Below, piece by piece: positions 1-14,600 of a DNA stretch of 64,000 nucleotides. The notes under the pieces are model-generated. The model searched no databases, was not told where the DNA came from, and saw only the letters and a program-made list of their open reading frames with translations. Every line of letters starts with the position of its first letter. Position 1 is the first letter of the stretch. The position numbers and the translations under genes are program-made. The stretch is from Lytechinus pictus (lineage: Eukaryota): NCBI RefSeq assembly GCF_037042905.1, contig NC_087245.1, positions 31,000,001 through 31,064,000 on the forward strand. The letters run 5' to 3'.

Positions 1-132
1 TTGCATTACGAGTCTTTTCCGGACGTCCTTCACGGTTTTATTACTCCCTGCGTGAATGGTTGTAGTGTCGTTGTGATTTTGCTCTTCTTCTGGTGATTTC
101 ATTCCACGGGTCCAGAAAGTCTTGCCAAGTAT
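1..132 (-). CDS. SLC5 exon 14, partial ([18 protein letters not shown]...)
   Basis: Acceptor ttttattcaccag at 133-134; open frame to the window edge; LxxxTFWTR resembles the SGLT loop-13 start. Confidence 0.8.
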   Translation of the reverse strand, partial: MLGKTFWTRGMKSPEEEQNHNDTTTIHAGSNKTVKDVRKRLVMQ

Positions 133-2614
133 CTGGTGAATAAAAATGATATCACTGCAATGCTATTCGCAAGCACGATGCAGAGAGCATAATGGTAGGG
201 TAGGGTAGGGTATGGACCTGAACGATTGAATACGGAATGAATGTTTGTAAATGCCTGAAATTTAACTGGATCGGACGTTTTTCGTCTAAACCTGGTGGGT
301 AATTCAAAAAGCTGTTCGTAAAGTTACGCACGACTTGAACTTGTTCTTAGGTCATAAAAAAATTATAATTATAGGGATATCACGTTGCACAAGAAAGGAT
401 CACCAGTCGTGCGTTAAGTCATTCGTATAAACACCCACCTGGACGCTTCATCTTAGCCGATAAGCCGTTCTTGGAATTGATTTTTGGGGTACAGACCGGC
501 GTTTCATTCAACCGACATTAGTTGTCTGAAACCATAGGGTTAAAACAAATCAGTCAAAATTACTACTTAATCGGGTCAGCTGGGTGCAAATGTCTAGTCA
601 TAATTGATTATGTTCTTGTCGTATTTTACTAGAACAGAGTTATTTCTGACTAGAATGTACGTCAGAAGTGTGATCAGACATATCAGTTGCACCCAGCTGA
701 CCCGATCAACTAGTCATTCTTACTGATTTGTTTAAGAGAGCGAGTTGTCAAATCTGACCACTTTCCTTGATATTGATTGGCTGAGAAGCACTATCAAGTA
801 CTGTGGTATCTGTCAGATAAAACTTTCTTGATAGGCCTATTGGATAAAACGTCTGGCAAGCCATTTCATGAAAGACTTCACTGACACCGAAACTTCGGCC
901 TGATTTACGTTTGGGAGTTGAGTATTTAAGCGTACTTTGAAAATCACATATGAGATCATTTCAAAGTAATTACTTCTTTTCAAATCAAAGCTGGTCTTAA
1001 AAAATATACATTTGGGGATTAGTTTATGATTTCATTTGTACATAGTAAATGTATGCCTTGAGAGAAAAGGGACTTGTTTTGTTACTTGGCGACATAATTA
1101 TTGCGGTATGAATGTGTTGAATAGTGAATTGGTGTGTTATCATCCAGTTGGGTCTGCATTACAAGACTACGATGCTCACAATGTTGCACTATGGGTCAGG
1201 AACCTGGCCAGATGTGAGTAGTTGATGGCGTAACGTGGAGCTATCAACTTGATCAAGACTGCTGGCTCGTATGCCGTTTACCGGAACTGCAGTTGCATCT
1301 TTTCTATTCTTGCCGGATTTTCCCAACATTTTTCTGTGTTTCTTGTCTTAACACTGTACAAAAAAAATTGGGTAAAAATTTTACCACCACGAGGGTAATT
1401 ATGCGTCCAACCAATTTTGGGCAGTATTTTACCTAATGCGGGAAGCATATTCTCAAGTAAGGTTAAAAAAATAGGCAGCAATTACTTTAGAATAGGCAAA
1501 TTTTCATCAGTCACACTGGATAAATAAAATGCCCAAAAGAAATGCCCAATGTTGGATGGACACACAATTACCCTCATGGAGCACTTTTACCCAATATTTT
1601 TTTTGAGTGAATGTGCTGTCGGTCATCCAGCGTAAACATGTTAACCTCCAAACTTTGCGTCCACTGGTTGCATGAGCAGTTACATTACCTGATTGAGTGT
1701 GGGCTTAGAGGTGAACAGGCTGATGGTCCAAGTCACAACCAGGCACACCAGGGTCACGATGCAATTGTAGTAGAGGAAGTGGACATTCTTGACAACCGAA
1801 GGTCGGACATCCTGCGATCCACAGGCTGGGGCAGGATAGACAATGTCAAGGATCATCCGTATCACACCAAGAACCACCCCGACGGAGAAACCCCAAAAGG
1901 CTCCCTGATGACAGGAAGGAGAAAGAGAAAGTTGTAAAAACCATCGTTACTCTTTTAGAGTTTGAAATTGTAATTCCTTCCAAACTGAAAATCTTCTGCG
2001 AGAGATTTTCATATGAAGATTTGATGTAAGAACACTTTGTTAAAATGTTCATTCATACATAAATAATCTTAATTTTAATGTCCTCTTTTACATATCCGAT
2101 ACCAGAGGCGTCGATCATAGGGGGGCAGGGGGGGCAACCGCCCCACCAATGAAAATATTGGGGGGGGCAAACATATCGTTTTGCCCCCCCCCCCCAATAA
2201 TTCCGCATGTGCAAAAAATAAAATAAGATTGTAATGTTACACAGAAATCAGCAAGCGAGATTGAGATACGCAACTCGTTCTTCATCTAAAATCGTGCTCA
2301 AAATGTCCGGTTTTCAGATTAGAATAAAACAAAATTTCAGCTCGCGCTTCGCGCTCGCATCATTTCTGTAGCAAAGACCCATACTTTTCATGATTGAATA
2401 GGTGAATAGAATGTCCCGTTTTCAGTTCTATACCTCAAAAAGAACTCCCACTTCGATATGCAATAATCTTTTGTTGGATATATTTCTTGTTCTTTATTAA
2501 AAACGTCAATTAAACTCTCTTTTTTTAAGATCAAAATATCAAAATTTTCAGCTCGCGCTTCGCGCTCGCATCTATTATTTTTTAAATTTTTGAAAATTTA
2601 ATTTGTTGGTGAGA

Positions 2615-2686
<72 letters not shown>

Positions 2687-5600
2687 GGCATATGAGTGTG
2701 TGTGTGTGTTTGAGTCTGTTTGTTTTCTGTGATCGAGCGCCTTTGGAAAGTTGATTCATGATTTTGCCCCCCCCCCCCAATCTGAAAAATGGATCGACGC
2801 CTTTGTTCGATACATAAGGTGGATCAAAAAAGGTGTGTCAAACCTAGTTATACGATGTGTTTTCAGCATGTAAAGCATATACATAGCTCTTATCACACAC
2901 TACAGATCAATTTGAGAAATCTCTAAAAACATACCTCTTTTCCAAGAAGCCATTTCCTGTTTATCTCCTTATGCATTTGTATTGTATTGATGTATTTTGA
3001 TATTTAACGTTTGTAAACGCTGTATTTTATATAGTCTACTATGGAGAGCGTACCAAATGCTGGTTGTTATTATCATTAGTATTATTATCACTAAAAACCA
3101 ATGAGATTAGAATAAAACTGCTATGGATGAAAAGCCAATGGTGAATTCAAAACTATAGGATGGATCTATTAGAAAATAGCTTATAGGATTTGAGTTCTAT
3201 ATACCTTCTCGTTGGTTCTGACTGAGAGTACTCCAGAGACGAAGCAGACAAAGATAGGTGGAGCAAAGTAAGATTGCAGAGACTGGATGTACTGGAAGAG
3301 TTGGCCACCTTGTGCTACCTGGACTATGGGAACCCACAGGATACTGATGGCAACGAGGACAAGGACGAAGAGCCTTAAGAGATAAAGATAAAACCGAGTT
3401 GTATGATCTGCTAAATAAATAATGAATGGCGGAATCATCTTGATCATTGTATATGCTTTTCTATTCAATTCAATTTGCATTATTTCATTCTCGATTAACA
3501 CTATGCGTAATACCGAAAATATAAGGGACTAGTAACAAGCAAAAGTAATATGAAAACGAAATGGACAACTGCATAAATAAAGCCAAGAGGCCTTGTATGA
3601 GCACAGTTCCCACATTATGGATTACGTAGATTGCATTGTAAAGAAAGGGTAAGAAAAAAATATGTTACAAGGTAACAATAGAAATACAAAATTTCAGATA
3701 ATAATAACTGTAGATTTGTAGAGCGGACATACAGATAAGTTGCATAAAACTTATTCAAGCCAATTACACCTCTGATGTTGCGTTTTTACAAGCTTTGATT
3801 TCTGTTTGGTCAAGTAGTCATGAAAAGCAGCTGTTATCCCTACGACACTTTTCACGCTGTTTAGTTTACATTCCCTCACATCGCAAAAGAGTAGTAAAAA
3901 TAAACGCCAAAACAGCTTCACTTATATTTTTTTATCAAATATGAAGAAAAGTTTCTTCCATGTTCATGCATGCATGAAGTATGATGAGTGAAATAAGGAA
4001 ATAAAAAATCAGTCAGATTGTTCTATAACTTGAAATCTTTTTTTTAATCATCCATATACCTTCCTACTATCATCAACTCTCGGTTCTTTGCATTCGGACG
4101 TAGGCGGCGCCACAGGTCCATGGTGAAAATGGTGCTCCCACTGTTGAATATGGATGTTAATGAGCTCATCAGGGCGGCGATCATGACGGCCATCATCAAT
4201 CCACGAGCACCTGCAAAAGAGTTATGAAAACACACAAGTGATTAGGGCCCCGTCCGTCTCACAAAGAGTTGCGATTGATCCGATCAACCGCAACTATGGA
4301 AAGTCAGCAACGTCAACATTTAAAGAGAAATGCCAGTAGTTGCAGTAAACACTGATTTCATGAGAAAGTCTGTAAAACAAGGCTTAATTGTCAGTATATC
4401 ATCGAGGATCTAGATCTGGTACAGTTACATAAACTGAACTTTGTGAAATCTTGAAATCTACGCTGAAAAATGTTCACACTGAAGATCACCAACACAGATA
4501 GGCACACGTGGGACAGTGTATTATTATTGCTGGAATAAAGACCCGACGGAAGTGACCGAATCCGCGCTTATTTTGCTTATTTCTCAGCAATTACACCATT
4601 TCTTCCAGAATCCTTTGGCACATATTTTTTATTCATACAAACAGACACTTGGGTGGTCATTATATTAGATTCTGTAAAAAGTCATTTTGAGATCGTTACC
4701 AGAACTGGAATTTATCTTTAAAGTGCATGTTTGTTCAAGATTTTTCTTACTATGAAAATTCAGCGTGCTTTTCTTTCCCCATTCCACAGAGTGGAGACCT
4801 TTGAAGGACCTTCGTGCTAATTTCCAGAAGAAAAAATTTATGATATAATGATTGATTGATTTTCATATAGTTTGGATTGATTGATCGGATCAATCGTAAC
4901 TCTTTGTAAGAAGGGGCCCTAATTTGTATGAATACTAATAATAAAATCTGATTTCTTGAATGCTATATCAGATATATTGCATTCATCAGCAAGGATATAT
5001 TGCACTCATCTTCGACTTGTGTAATATTCATACTGATAAAGACAATGTATATGATATACTACGAAAGTGCATCAATTATATTAATATAACTTACCGATTG
5101 GCATAAGTCTGAGGATGAGCAGTGGGTAGGCTATGTTTGAACACGAGGTTGGGTTCTGGCAATACTTCATACACGATTCACTGTCTATACACGCAACCTC
5201 ATCTAATACACAATAATAAGATAAAGAATCCTGATAGAAAGTAAAACACAATCCTCAATTTCCACAATGAACCCATTATCTTCTGAAACCTGTAATCATC
5301 TTGGATTGCAACACTGTCCATGACATTCAAAGAATGAAGAGGTTAGGGTTGTGACGTCATACCTGTATAAAGGACTCGAGCGATCATTCCTGGCATCACG
5401 ATGAGGAATTGTGGGAGAAACTTGAGGTAACTTGCGACGATAGAGGCGCCCTTCGCGTGTGTGACATTCTTGGCTGCAAGGGAACGTTGTACAATGACCT
5501 GTATGGGAAATAAGGCTGAGGTAAAACAGGCACGAGCATAATATCATAACATAATGATTAAGGTTTTCCTGGTTATAATATACAATCTGTGATGCAGTTG

Positions 5601-8600
5601 GCAAAGGTATCAGGGGTTCCCCAAGGCGCATTTATCTTTTATCTAATATAAAGACCAACCTTCACGAGTTAATCGTACTAAGCAAGTATTAGCTGATAAC
5701 TGTAGTACATAAAACTTAGTGCACTTTTAAGTAAATGGCCAATGAAGAAAAGCCTACAGGCTTTAATACATAAATGTCATGTTCTAAAAATATTTGATTT
5801 AATATTCTGATCAACTAACAATTGAAATATAGAAGGTACAGTGCACTCTTTTTACTCATAGATTGATGTAGGCATCTCTCGTGATTTAATCCGGTACACT
5901 ATATAATGGTGTGTTCTACTATCATTTCATAAGTATTCATTCTCAGAAAGCCGAATTACCTTAATCTACAGCTCATGATACAATTTTGATTTACAAATAA
6001 TCCAAGATCCGGGCAAAGATCACTCTGAGGAAATAGAATATAAGAACTGTAATGCAATTAGTTTGCACTTCCAGCACTTTACAAGTTCATGGGTGGCCAA
6101 GCTTCATAGAACTCCAAAATCAACATTTTAGATTACCTGGTCAGTACACCAGTACCAAGTGCCAATCACCATGATACCAAGAGCGGTCCCGGGCCATGGT
6201 TGATCCGAAGTAGTTGCATCCCGGATCATACTAAAGGCGTCTTGTCTCGGGTATCCGCAGGTGGAATGCGTATCGTTCAGTGCGGAAGATGGAATAGACT
6301 GCATGTATTCTAGTCTTAGTTGTTCCAGGCTCCCTATCTTGATAAAGCCTGCGCAGTTCCAATGGATAATTAACGTAAAACAAATTAGGATACCACGATT
6401 TATTCAAAAGGGAGAAAATATATTGTTTCACTTGATGTTTGGAAGACATAGTTGTAGTATTCAAAACTTACTAGGCCTACATAATAAAATGTGGCATTAC
6501 GAATTTCCCAGAGTACGGTGTTAAATTGTTTAGTCCTATGATTTTTTTATATTCAAATATTTAAAGTCATTTACAAGTAATCATTTCCTGCAAGTTCTAT
6601 AAAATCATAACGTATATGCATTATGCAACAGTTCAGATTCAGGTAGTATAAGAATCATGAAATAATTCATCTTTGTGTGTGTGTGTGTGTGTGTATTCCA
6701 AAGCAACGTCACAGTCATACAAATCATATGACGCGCTATAGTACAGTATCTTGTCTGTGACACGATTGCCAGGCCGACTTTCGTGTGACGGGGCCTGAGT
6801 TCCATGTTTCAATTATAGGCTATAATATGCTGCATGTGCACTGTAAAAAAATATTGGGTACATTTTTTACCACCACGAGGGTAATTATGTATCCAACCAC
6901 TTTGGGGTAATATTTTACCCAATGCGGGAAGAATATTTTCCAGTGAGGTTAAAAAAATAAGCAGCAATTACTTTAGAATGGGCAAAATTTTATTCTCACG
7001 GGATAAATAAAAACGCCCAAAAGAAATGCCCAATGTTGGTTGGACACATTATTATCCTCATGGGGCACTTTTATCCAATATTTTTAGAGTATGTATATCA
7101 TATACGCATTTAAGAAAACTAATCAGATTTGCGGTCCGTTTTCATAAAGAATTACAGCAATTATAAGTTTTAACATTACGGTAACTACCATGAACACGTT
7201 GGGTTTGATTGGATGTTGAGCCATGTTACCATGGTAACTGTCATAATACTAGTGATGTAACTCTTTATTTAAAGGGTCTCAGAAACATGATTGGTCTGAT
7301 CTATCATAGCTCGCTTACTTGTTACCATGAGATATGAGCCGCCAATAAGCATGATCAAAACTTGGAGAGTATCCGTATAGATCACCGCTGCAAGGCCACC
7401 TGTATACACGGGTATAATGATAACTCATTTGAAATACAGTTTATATTATCATCGTGATAAAGAATTGTCGAAAAGGTGACTTGCTAAAACTAAGTATATG
7501 AATACCAGAACGATTGACCCACGTCTATGACAAGTTCGTTTCGATTAAATCAGGAAAAGCAAAATAAGTTTTGTGAATGTCCATAAAATGCGGATTTTTT
7601 TTCAGATTCTCATCCATTTATGGCATTTCTGGGTAGAATAGGCCCGCTACCAGAGTCCCGTCTTACAAAGAGTTGCGATTAATCCGATCAACCACAACTA
7701 TGGAAAGCCAGAAACGTCAATATCTAAAATGCATTTATTTGTTCAAAATATTTTATAGATCTGGGCTCCGTTTCATAAAGACTTGTTATAATAGCAAATG
7801 TAAGATTCTATGACAAATTTACTATCAACCAATCAGAGTTAAGGATATTAGTGACATATAACTGTTATTCTCAATTTGTTATGGTAACAAGTTTTATGAA
7901 ACGGACCCAGATGTAAAGTCATGCATTCATTGTTTTCTTGAAGATTCAGTGTGCATCTCTTTGCTTACAAAAGGACATTATGCAAACTTCCTGTAGAAAA
8001 ATATGACGTTGATGGATTTGCAAATTGATCGGATCAATTGCATCTCTTTGTAAGACGGGGCACAGGACATGAATTACACACAAGATGGGATCGTGTACGG
8101 TATAAGCAATAATTTCACATGTTTAACTGCATTCATATACTCAATTCCAATAGATTATCATGATTATAGAGACTGCATTCCATATTATTTTCATTCGTTG
8201 ATAACTGGTTAACGCAATGCCTCGTCATGATAGAGGTTATCATGAAAGAAACATCCGACCAGGAAATGAAATTCGAGAAGAAAGGGTAGATTGCTGAGAA
8301 TTACTATAATTTGCAATATACCTGGATTGATTATAATTTTTTCCTTTTTTCCTTCCTGAAAAACACAGGAATGAGCATCATGGAGGACCTCATCAAAAGC
8401 AAAATTGATCTCTTGAAAGCAACTTTTAGATATGAAGCTGTAGAACAAGCATGGACAACAGATGGAAAAGTCATTGCTCTGATCAAAGCTCAAAATGGAA
8501 AGAAAGTGACAAAACTCATATCAAGTGACAGTGACCTCTCCAACTTGCCCCAGGCATAGATGACGACTTCTTCCCATACCTTACCAACCAAAGCCAATTG

Positions 8601-11600
8601 GGCGGAATTTATTATGATCTGGTCTAATTCAATGTAATTGTGGTTCCTGGACTATTGGAATTTAGTGCTCCTACTTTTGAACTTTCATTGCTTTTGCAAT
8701 TTTTTATGTTTGTACATATGTATATATACATCATATTTTGATTTAATTACTTGCATGTATTTTTACCTTCTGGACTTCCTTTTTTTCTCTTCTTCTGAGG
8801 TAATATTCTAATGGAAATGATGACAAGTGAGTGTGAGTGTCAATTAACCCCTGAGCAGCTCAGGACTGAGCTTGCTATGTTTTCTCAAAATAAATTTTCT
8901 ATTATGCACCTTAAATGTAGAAGCTTGAATAGAAAGTATTCTGAAATAGAGACTTTATTGTATTCATTACATTATTAATTTGATGTAATTGCTTTTTCTG
9001 AAACCTGGATAAAAGAGAACACTGCACCAGAATATATTTTTAAAGATTATAGATATGTCGGATTAGGCCGTCATAAAAGACATGGCGGTGGTGTTTGCTT
9101 TGGTATCAAAAATAGTATTGATTTTGTAAACAGATGTGATCTTAATATTTTTTGTGATACATGTGAAAGTTGCTTTATTGAAATTCCTAACCTGGGTAGA
9201 AACCTCATAATTGGAGTATTTTATAGACCCCCTGAAAAATCAATCAATGAATTTATTAATGTTCTTACCAATATTGTTGAAAAGGTTAATGGTGAGCAGA
9301 AACATTGTATATTTTTGGGTGATTACAATATTGATATAAAAAAGATTGATCAATTGAATTATGTTAATGAATTTCTTGAAATGATGTCATCATTTTCTTT
9401 TTCCCCACTAATAAGTCTACCCACCAGGATTACTCAAACTTCGTCAACTTTGATTGATAATATTTTTGTTAATAACTCATGTAACCTTTATTATGGTTCT
9501 GTTATCTGTGATGTTTCTGATCATTATCCAATATTTTTTATTTTTTATTATTCGTTGCCAACGAAGTCGAGTAAAAAATTTCATAAACGGCAAATTACTG
9601 AAGATGGCATCCTTAGGTTCTTACAAAGAATATCAGAGTTTGACTTTTCTTGTATTTATGACAGTCACAATATTGCTGACCCTAGCTTGCTCTATGATGA
9701 ATTCATGAAAATTATTCTTGAAATATATGAAATTAGTTTCCCATTAAAAGAAATAGTAAGCCGAAAACAAAAGAATGATTGGTTTAATATTACACTCAAA
9801 CGTATGTATAGAAAGAAGAACAGGTTGTATGCAAACTTCATAAAGAAACCTACGGATAATAAAAAGGCAAAATATAAATCTTTTAAGAATAAATATGTGA
9901 GTCTTGTTAGAAAAACTAAACAAGAATTTTATTACTCTAAATTTAATAAAGTAAAAAACAATCTTTGCAAAACATGGAAAGTTATAAATGGTTTATTAAA
10001 CAAACAGAAACCTGAAACCTCTGATAATAACTTAGTTTTTAGGTATAATGAAATAGAAATCAGAAATGAAAATGACATTGCACTTGCATTTAACGAATAT
10101 TTTACCAATATTGGACATACTATCACTAACAACATTGCAAGAGGTAATATTGATTATAGTTTTTACCTGAAAAACACCCTGCCTTGTTCTTTATTTCTCA
10201 TACCAATTACAGAACAGGAAATTATTAACATTGCAAATTGTTTACAGAATGGAAAAGCCCCAGGAATTGATGGTGTTGAAAATGTTGTTGTAAAAAGGAC
10301 AATTCATATTTTATGTAAACCATTATGCTTTATTTTCAATTTATGTATTCAAGAAGATATATTTCCTGATAGTTGTAAAATATCACAAGTTATTCCTGTA
10401 TATAAATCTGGTTCAAAAAATGTTTTCTCAAATTATAGACCAATTTCCTTATTATCATGTTTCTCCAAAATGCTGGAGAAATGTATTTATACTAGGCTAA
10501 TTACATATTTTAACAATAATCATATACTTTATCAAAAACAATTTGGTTTTAGAGAAAAACATTGTACATCTCATGCTCTGATAGATTCTTTAAATGACAT
10601 TATAAATGCTTATGAGAATAACGAAATAACGTTTGGAGTGTTCATTGATCTGAAAAGGCGTTTGATTGTATTAACCATGACATATTGCTTAGTAAATTAT
10701 CTTTTTATGGAATACGAGGTATTTCCCTTAAATTAATACACAATTATTTAAGTAATAGAAAGCAATGTGTTCATTATAATTCATGTCATTCTGCGTTCAA
10801 GAAAGTATCAATAGGCGTACCGCAGGGTTCAATCCTCGGTCCTCTTCTGTTCCTTATATATGTTAATGATCTTCATCTCTGTTCTAATTTATTAAAATTA
10901 GTTCTTTTTGCTGACGACACAAATATATTTTTTAGCCACAGTGACATAGGTTATTTACAACAAAATATGAATATTGAACTTAATACATGAATGGTTCTCT
11001 ATTAATAATTTAGCTCTGAATATTCAGAAAACAAATTTTATGGTCATCAGTAGAAACAATGTAGATAAAAAAATCTGTTAAATTATATATTAATGATACT
11101 GAAGTAGAAAGGGTGGAGAGTGTAAAATTTCTTGGAATTCACATTGATGATAATTTAAAATGGAAAAGTCATGTTAACAAAATAAACTCCCTCATTTCTA
11201 GAAATATAGGTGTTTTAAATAGATTACGTGAATTTGTCCCACAAAATATTATCTTAATGCTTTATAACACTTTAATTTTATCATATCTCAATTATGGAAT
11301 TATTGTTTGGGGGTCTTCAAATAAATATTTATTAGATAGAACTTTAGTTTTACAAAAAAGAGTAATCATAATGATATCTTATTCTGGTTTCAGAGCTCAC
11401 ACTGCTCCACTCTTTCTTAAGTTTAAAATATTGCCTGTGTATGAATTATATAGTTACAATCTTGGTATCTTTATGTATTTATACTATAAGAAATTACTTC
11501 CAATAAATTTTTATTCTTTATTTTGTAAAAATTCTGATATTCACAATTATGATACTAGAAGAAAATCTGATTACCGTGTATCATGTGGGAAATTATCATT

Positions 11601-14600
11601 ATCCCGAAAGTCAATAATTCATAATGGTCCTGTATTCTGGAACAGTCTCCCTGAAGATGTCAAAAGTTCTCTATCCCTTAATGTATTTAAATATAAACTT
11701 AAAACATTTCTTCTACAAAAACTTTAATTTCCTAGACTAAGTTACTTTTTTTTTTCTAGTCTTTCTCTGCTAAACTCAAACTTTTATTGACAAAATTGGG
11801 ATTATGTTATAAGTTTTTAACTTTTTAAATGATCCCCCACATTTACATATACTGTTTCTCTTCTTGTCTGATTTAAGTATTGTTCATATTTTGGTATATT
11901 GTTTTGTGTAGTGTATGTTTTCTTTAAGCATCGGAATATATTGTACTGTATTTTGTAATACCATCTTTACTCTGTATTGTTCTTTTTATGAAGTGTGGAA
12001 ATAAATGAATCAATCAATCAAATCAATCATTCCATTTATATATTTCTTTCGCTTATCAGCAAATTACATAAACCGCAACACTAAATTAATCCAATAAAGT
12101 TTGCAATGGTAAATCACCAACACGTGCCTTACACTGCATCTGCCGGTATAGCATTACAATAACTATGGAAATACCAACACTTTATCTACATCTATTTTGA
12201 TATCAATAGTTTATTGTAGTATTATTATAGTATCGACAATCATAATGCATGGTATTTTCATTACCTGTAATGGTGTATACAGCAGTTACAGCTAAGAGTA
12301 CAAATATTGAAGCGTATATGTTCCATTGAAAAGCCTGTTGAATGAATACTGCTCCAGCGAAAATATCAACCTGTAAAAAAAAAATCATTAAAAATAAACA
12401 CATGCTTCATCATTTAACTTTATATGCTGGTGCTTTGAATGGGTTTTAATGGGTTTTGATTTTTTTTTTTATCGATTTGGTTGAATTATAAAACACATTT
12501 TAATGAAATACTCTAAATGGCTTGTTAGATTGTAACAATAAACATGCCAACGAGAGAATATTTCTCATTATATGTTTTTTTTTATTCCAACATCGTTTGA
12601 AACAAAAATTTTGATGACATTTAATATGATTTCAATGTATATGAATTACACTTAAGTATAGTAACATCGAATCAAATTTTATGCATCCGTTTTGATTTCT
12701 CGAATGATCATTCACGAAGCATGGACAAAGGATTACTTAATGAATATTCCCGAAACATTGATAAAAATCACCATATTTCTTTAAAATGTCGTTCAATATG
12801 TTTTATTCATGATTCAAATTTGGTAGAAAATGTATACACAATGATACAAACATTACATTCACATTATATTAATTAAATAACATACATGTATATACTCACG
12901 GATATTTTTGTAAATACATAAAGGAAAAGTGCAAGGATAGACATCGCTATCCGAAGTCGTTGACCTCCGTAACGAACACGGAGATACTCGGGCATCGTGT
13001 AGACCTGTTAGGAACAACACATTACATGGGTATTCCTAGTTATTTTAGTTCAAAAGTTTGAAGCGTTTAATATGAGTTTATAAATAAATGCCTTCGATAT
13101 GCCTATTTACATTCATATTCCATTTTAATTATTTCTTTGAAGTGTTCAATTGAGAGACAAGAATGGATTTACATATGCAGTTTAATAATCATATCATAAC
13201 AATCATTAATGATAATATTTTCAAAGATACACTGTTTTTATAATAGATCAGTTCCCTTCTATATGGCAGAGTCAATTGCATTTAATAAAACAATGATTAT
13301 GTTTTATTAAATGAAATGTCACGATTCAAATAATTTGTAAATCATATTAAAGTTATCATTATATTTCATGTCATAAATTAAATAATTCTACCAGTTCGTT
13401 TATTTCCAAATAACTCCACATTGCAAGGTGTAAATACCATCACAAAAATAAAACTCATTTTTTCCATGCAAGCACGAACAGAGCCAGCACAAAGCCAAAT
13501 TCAATCTCATTCAAATCAAACATCTCCGAGTCTTGGTCAACACAACTACCGGTACATTGGACTGAATAACAATGCACTTTATGATTTTACGACGCATTGC
13601 CAAATTTGTCCAAGAGATATTTCAATAATATTTTATTGGCGGAGTTCTGACCCGCATCACAAAGTAATAATCGAGTACAATTCAAAGAATGGATATGTCT
13701 TCTTTATAAATATGTCTGAAGTAATATGGGTTCATATCATCCATGTACCACCACCACATGCACTCTCGCTCCTATCAAATACCAAAGTGTTAGAACATAA
13801 TGTTATGTCACTATTTACAGCAGAGAAATATAAAGGAGCTTACCCCAGAAGAGACGTAAACAGGGAGAAAGATCCATCCCAAAAGAAGAATGGCATATCC
13901 AGACTATCGTGTCAAAGAGAATTATGAAGAGATAACAATCGATCTTGCTTAGATTTCACGTACATGTATTAAGCTCCGAATATAATCAAAATAGTTATAT
14001 ATTCTACTGCCTTGTTGCAGTTGAAATATTTGGAATCACTTTTAACACTATAAACTTTCATTTTCATCATGGAGGTCAAAGTTACGTAATTTTCGTTATT
14101 GGTTGGTAAATGATAGTGGTAATTTTTTTTCGTGGTTTCGTCATCCGGCGATATTATAAGTGCGTTGGTAATCAAATGATTAATCGCTAGATTCTTCTGA
14201 CAGGACCTAATTAAATCACACTTCATCTGCTTACTCATTACAGAGGGATAGAGAGAGAAAGTGTGTGTGTGTGTGAGGGTGTGTATGTGAGAGAGAGAGG
14301 GAGAGAGAGAAAGGGAGACAAAAGAGAAAAGAAAAATGAGGTAATTTGGGGTGGTTTACTTTAATTTCCCTTCCATTTATTATTACCATAACTTCATAAG
14401 CCGCCACTGCTAGACCCGATGCTGCACCGGTCCCTGCCAATCCGATAAAATGTCCGGTTCCAATGTTACTTGCAAATAATGATGCACCAATCTGCAAACC
14501 AGTGAGATACAGCTATACTCAAAATATAATAGGTACTAAAATTGCGAGAGTTGTGGAACCACGTACTGAATATCCTGCCAAGTATATACAACACATGTTT

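Noticed and set aside
13421-13927. 168-aa plus-strand ORF
   Set aside because: No recognisable motif, TTG start, overlaps SLC5 exon 4 antisense
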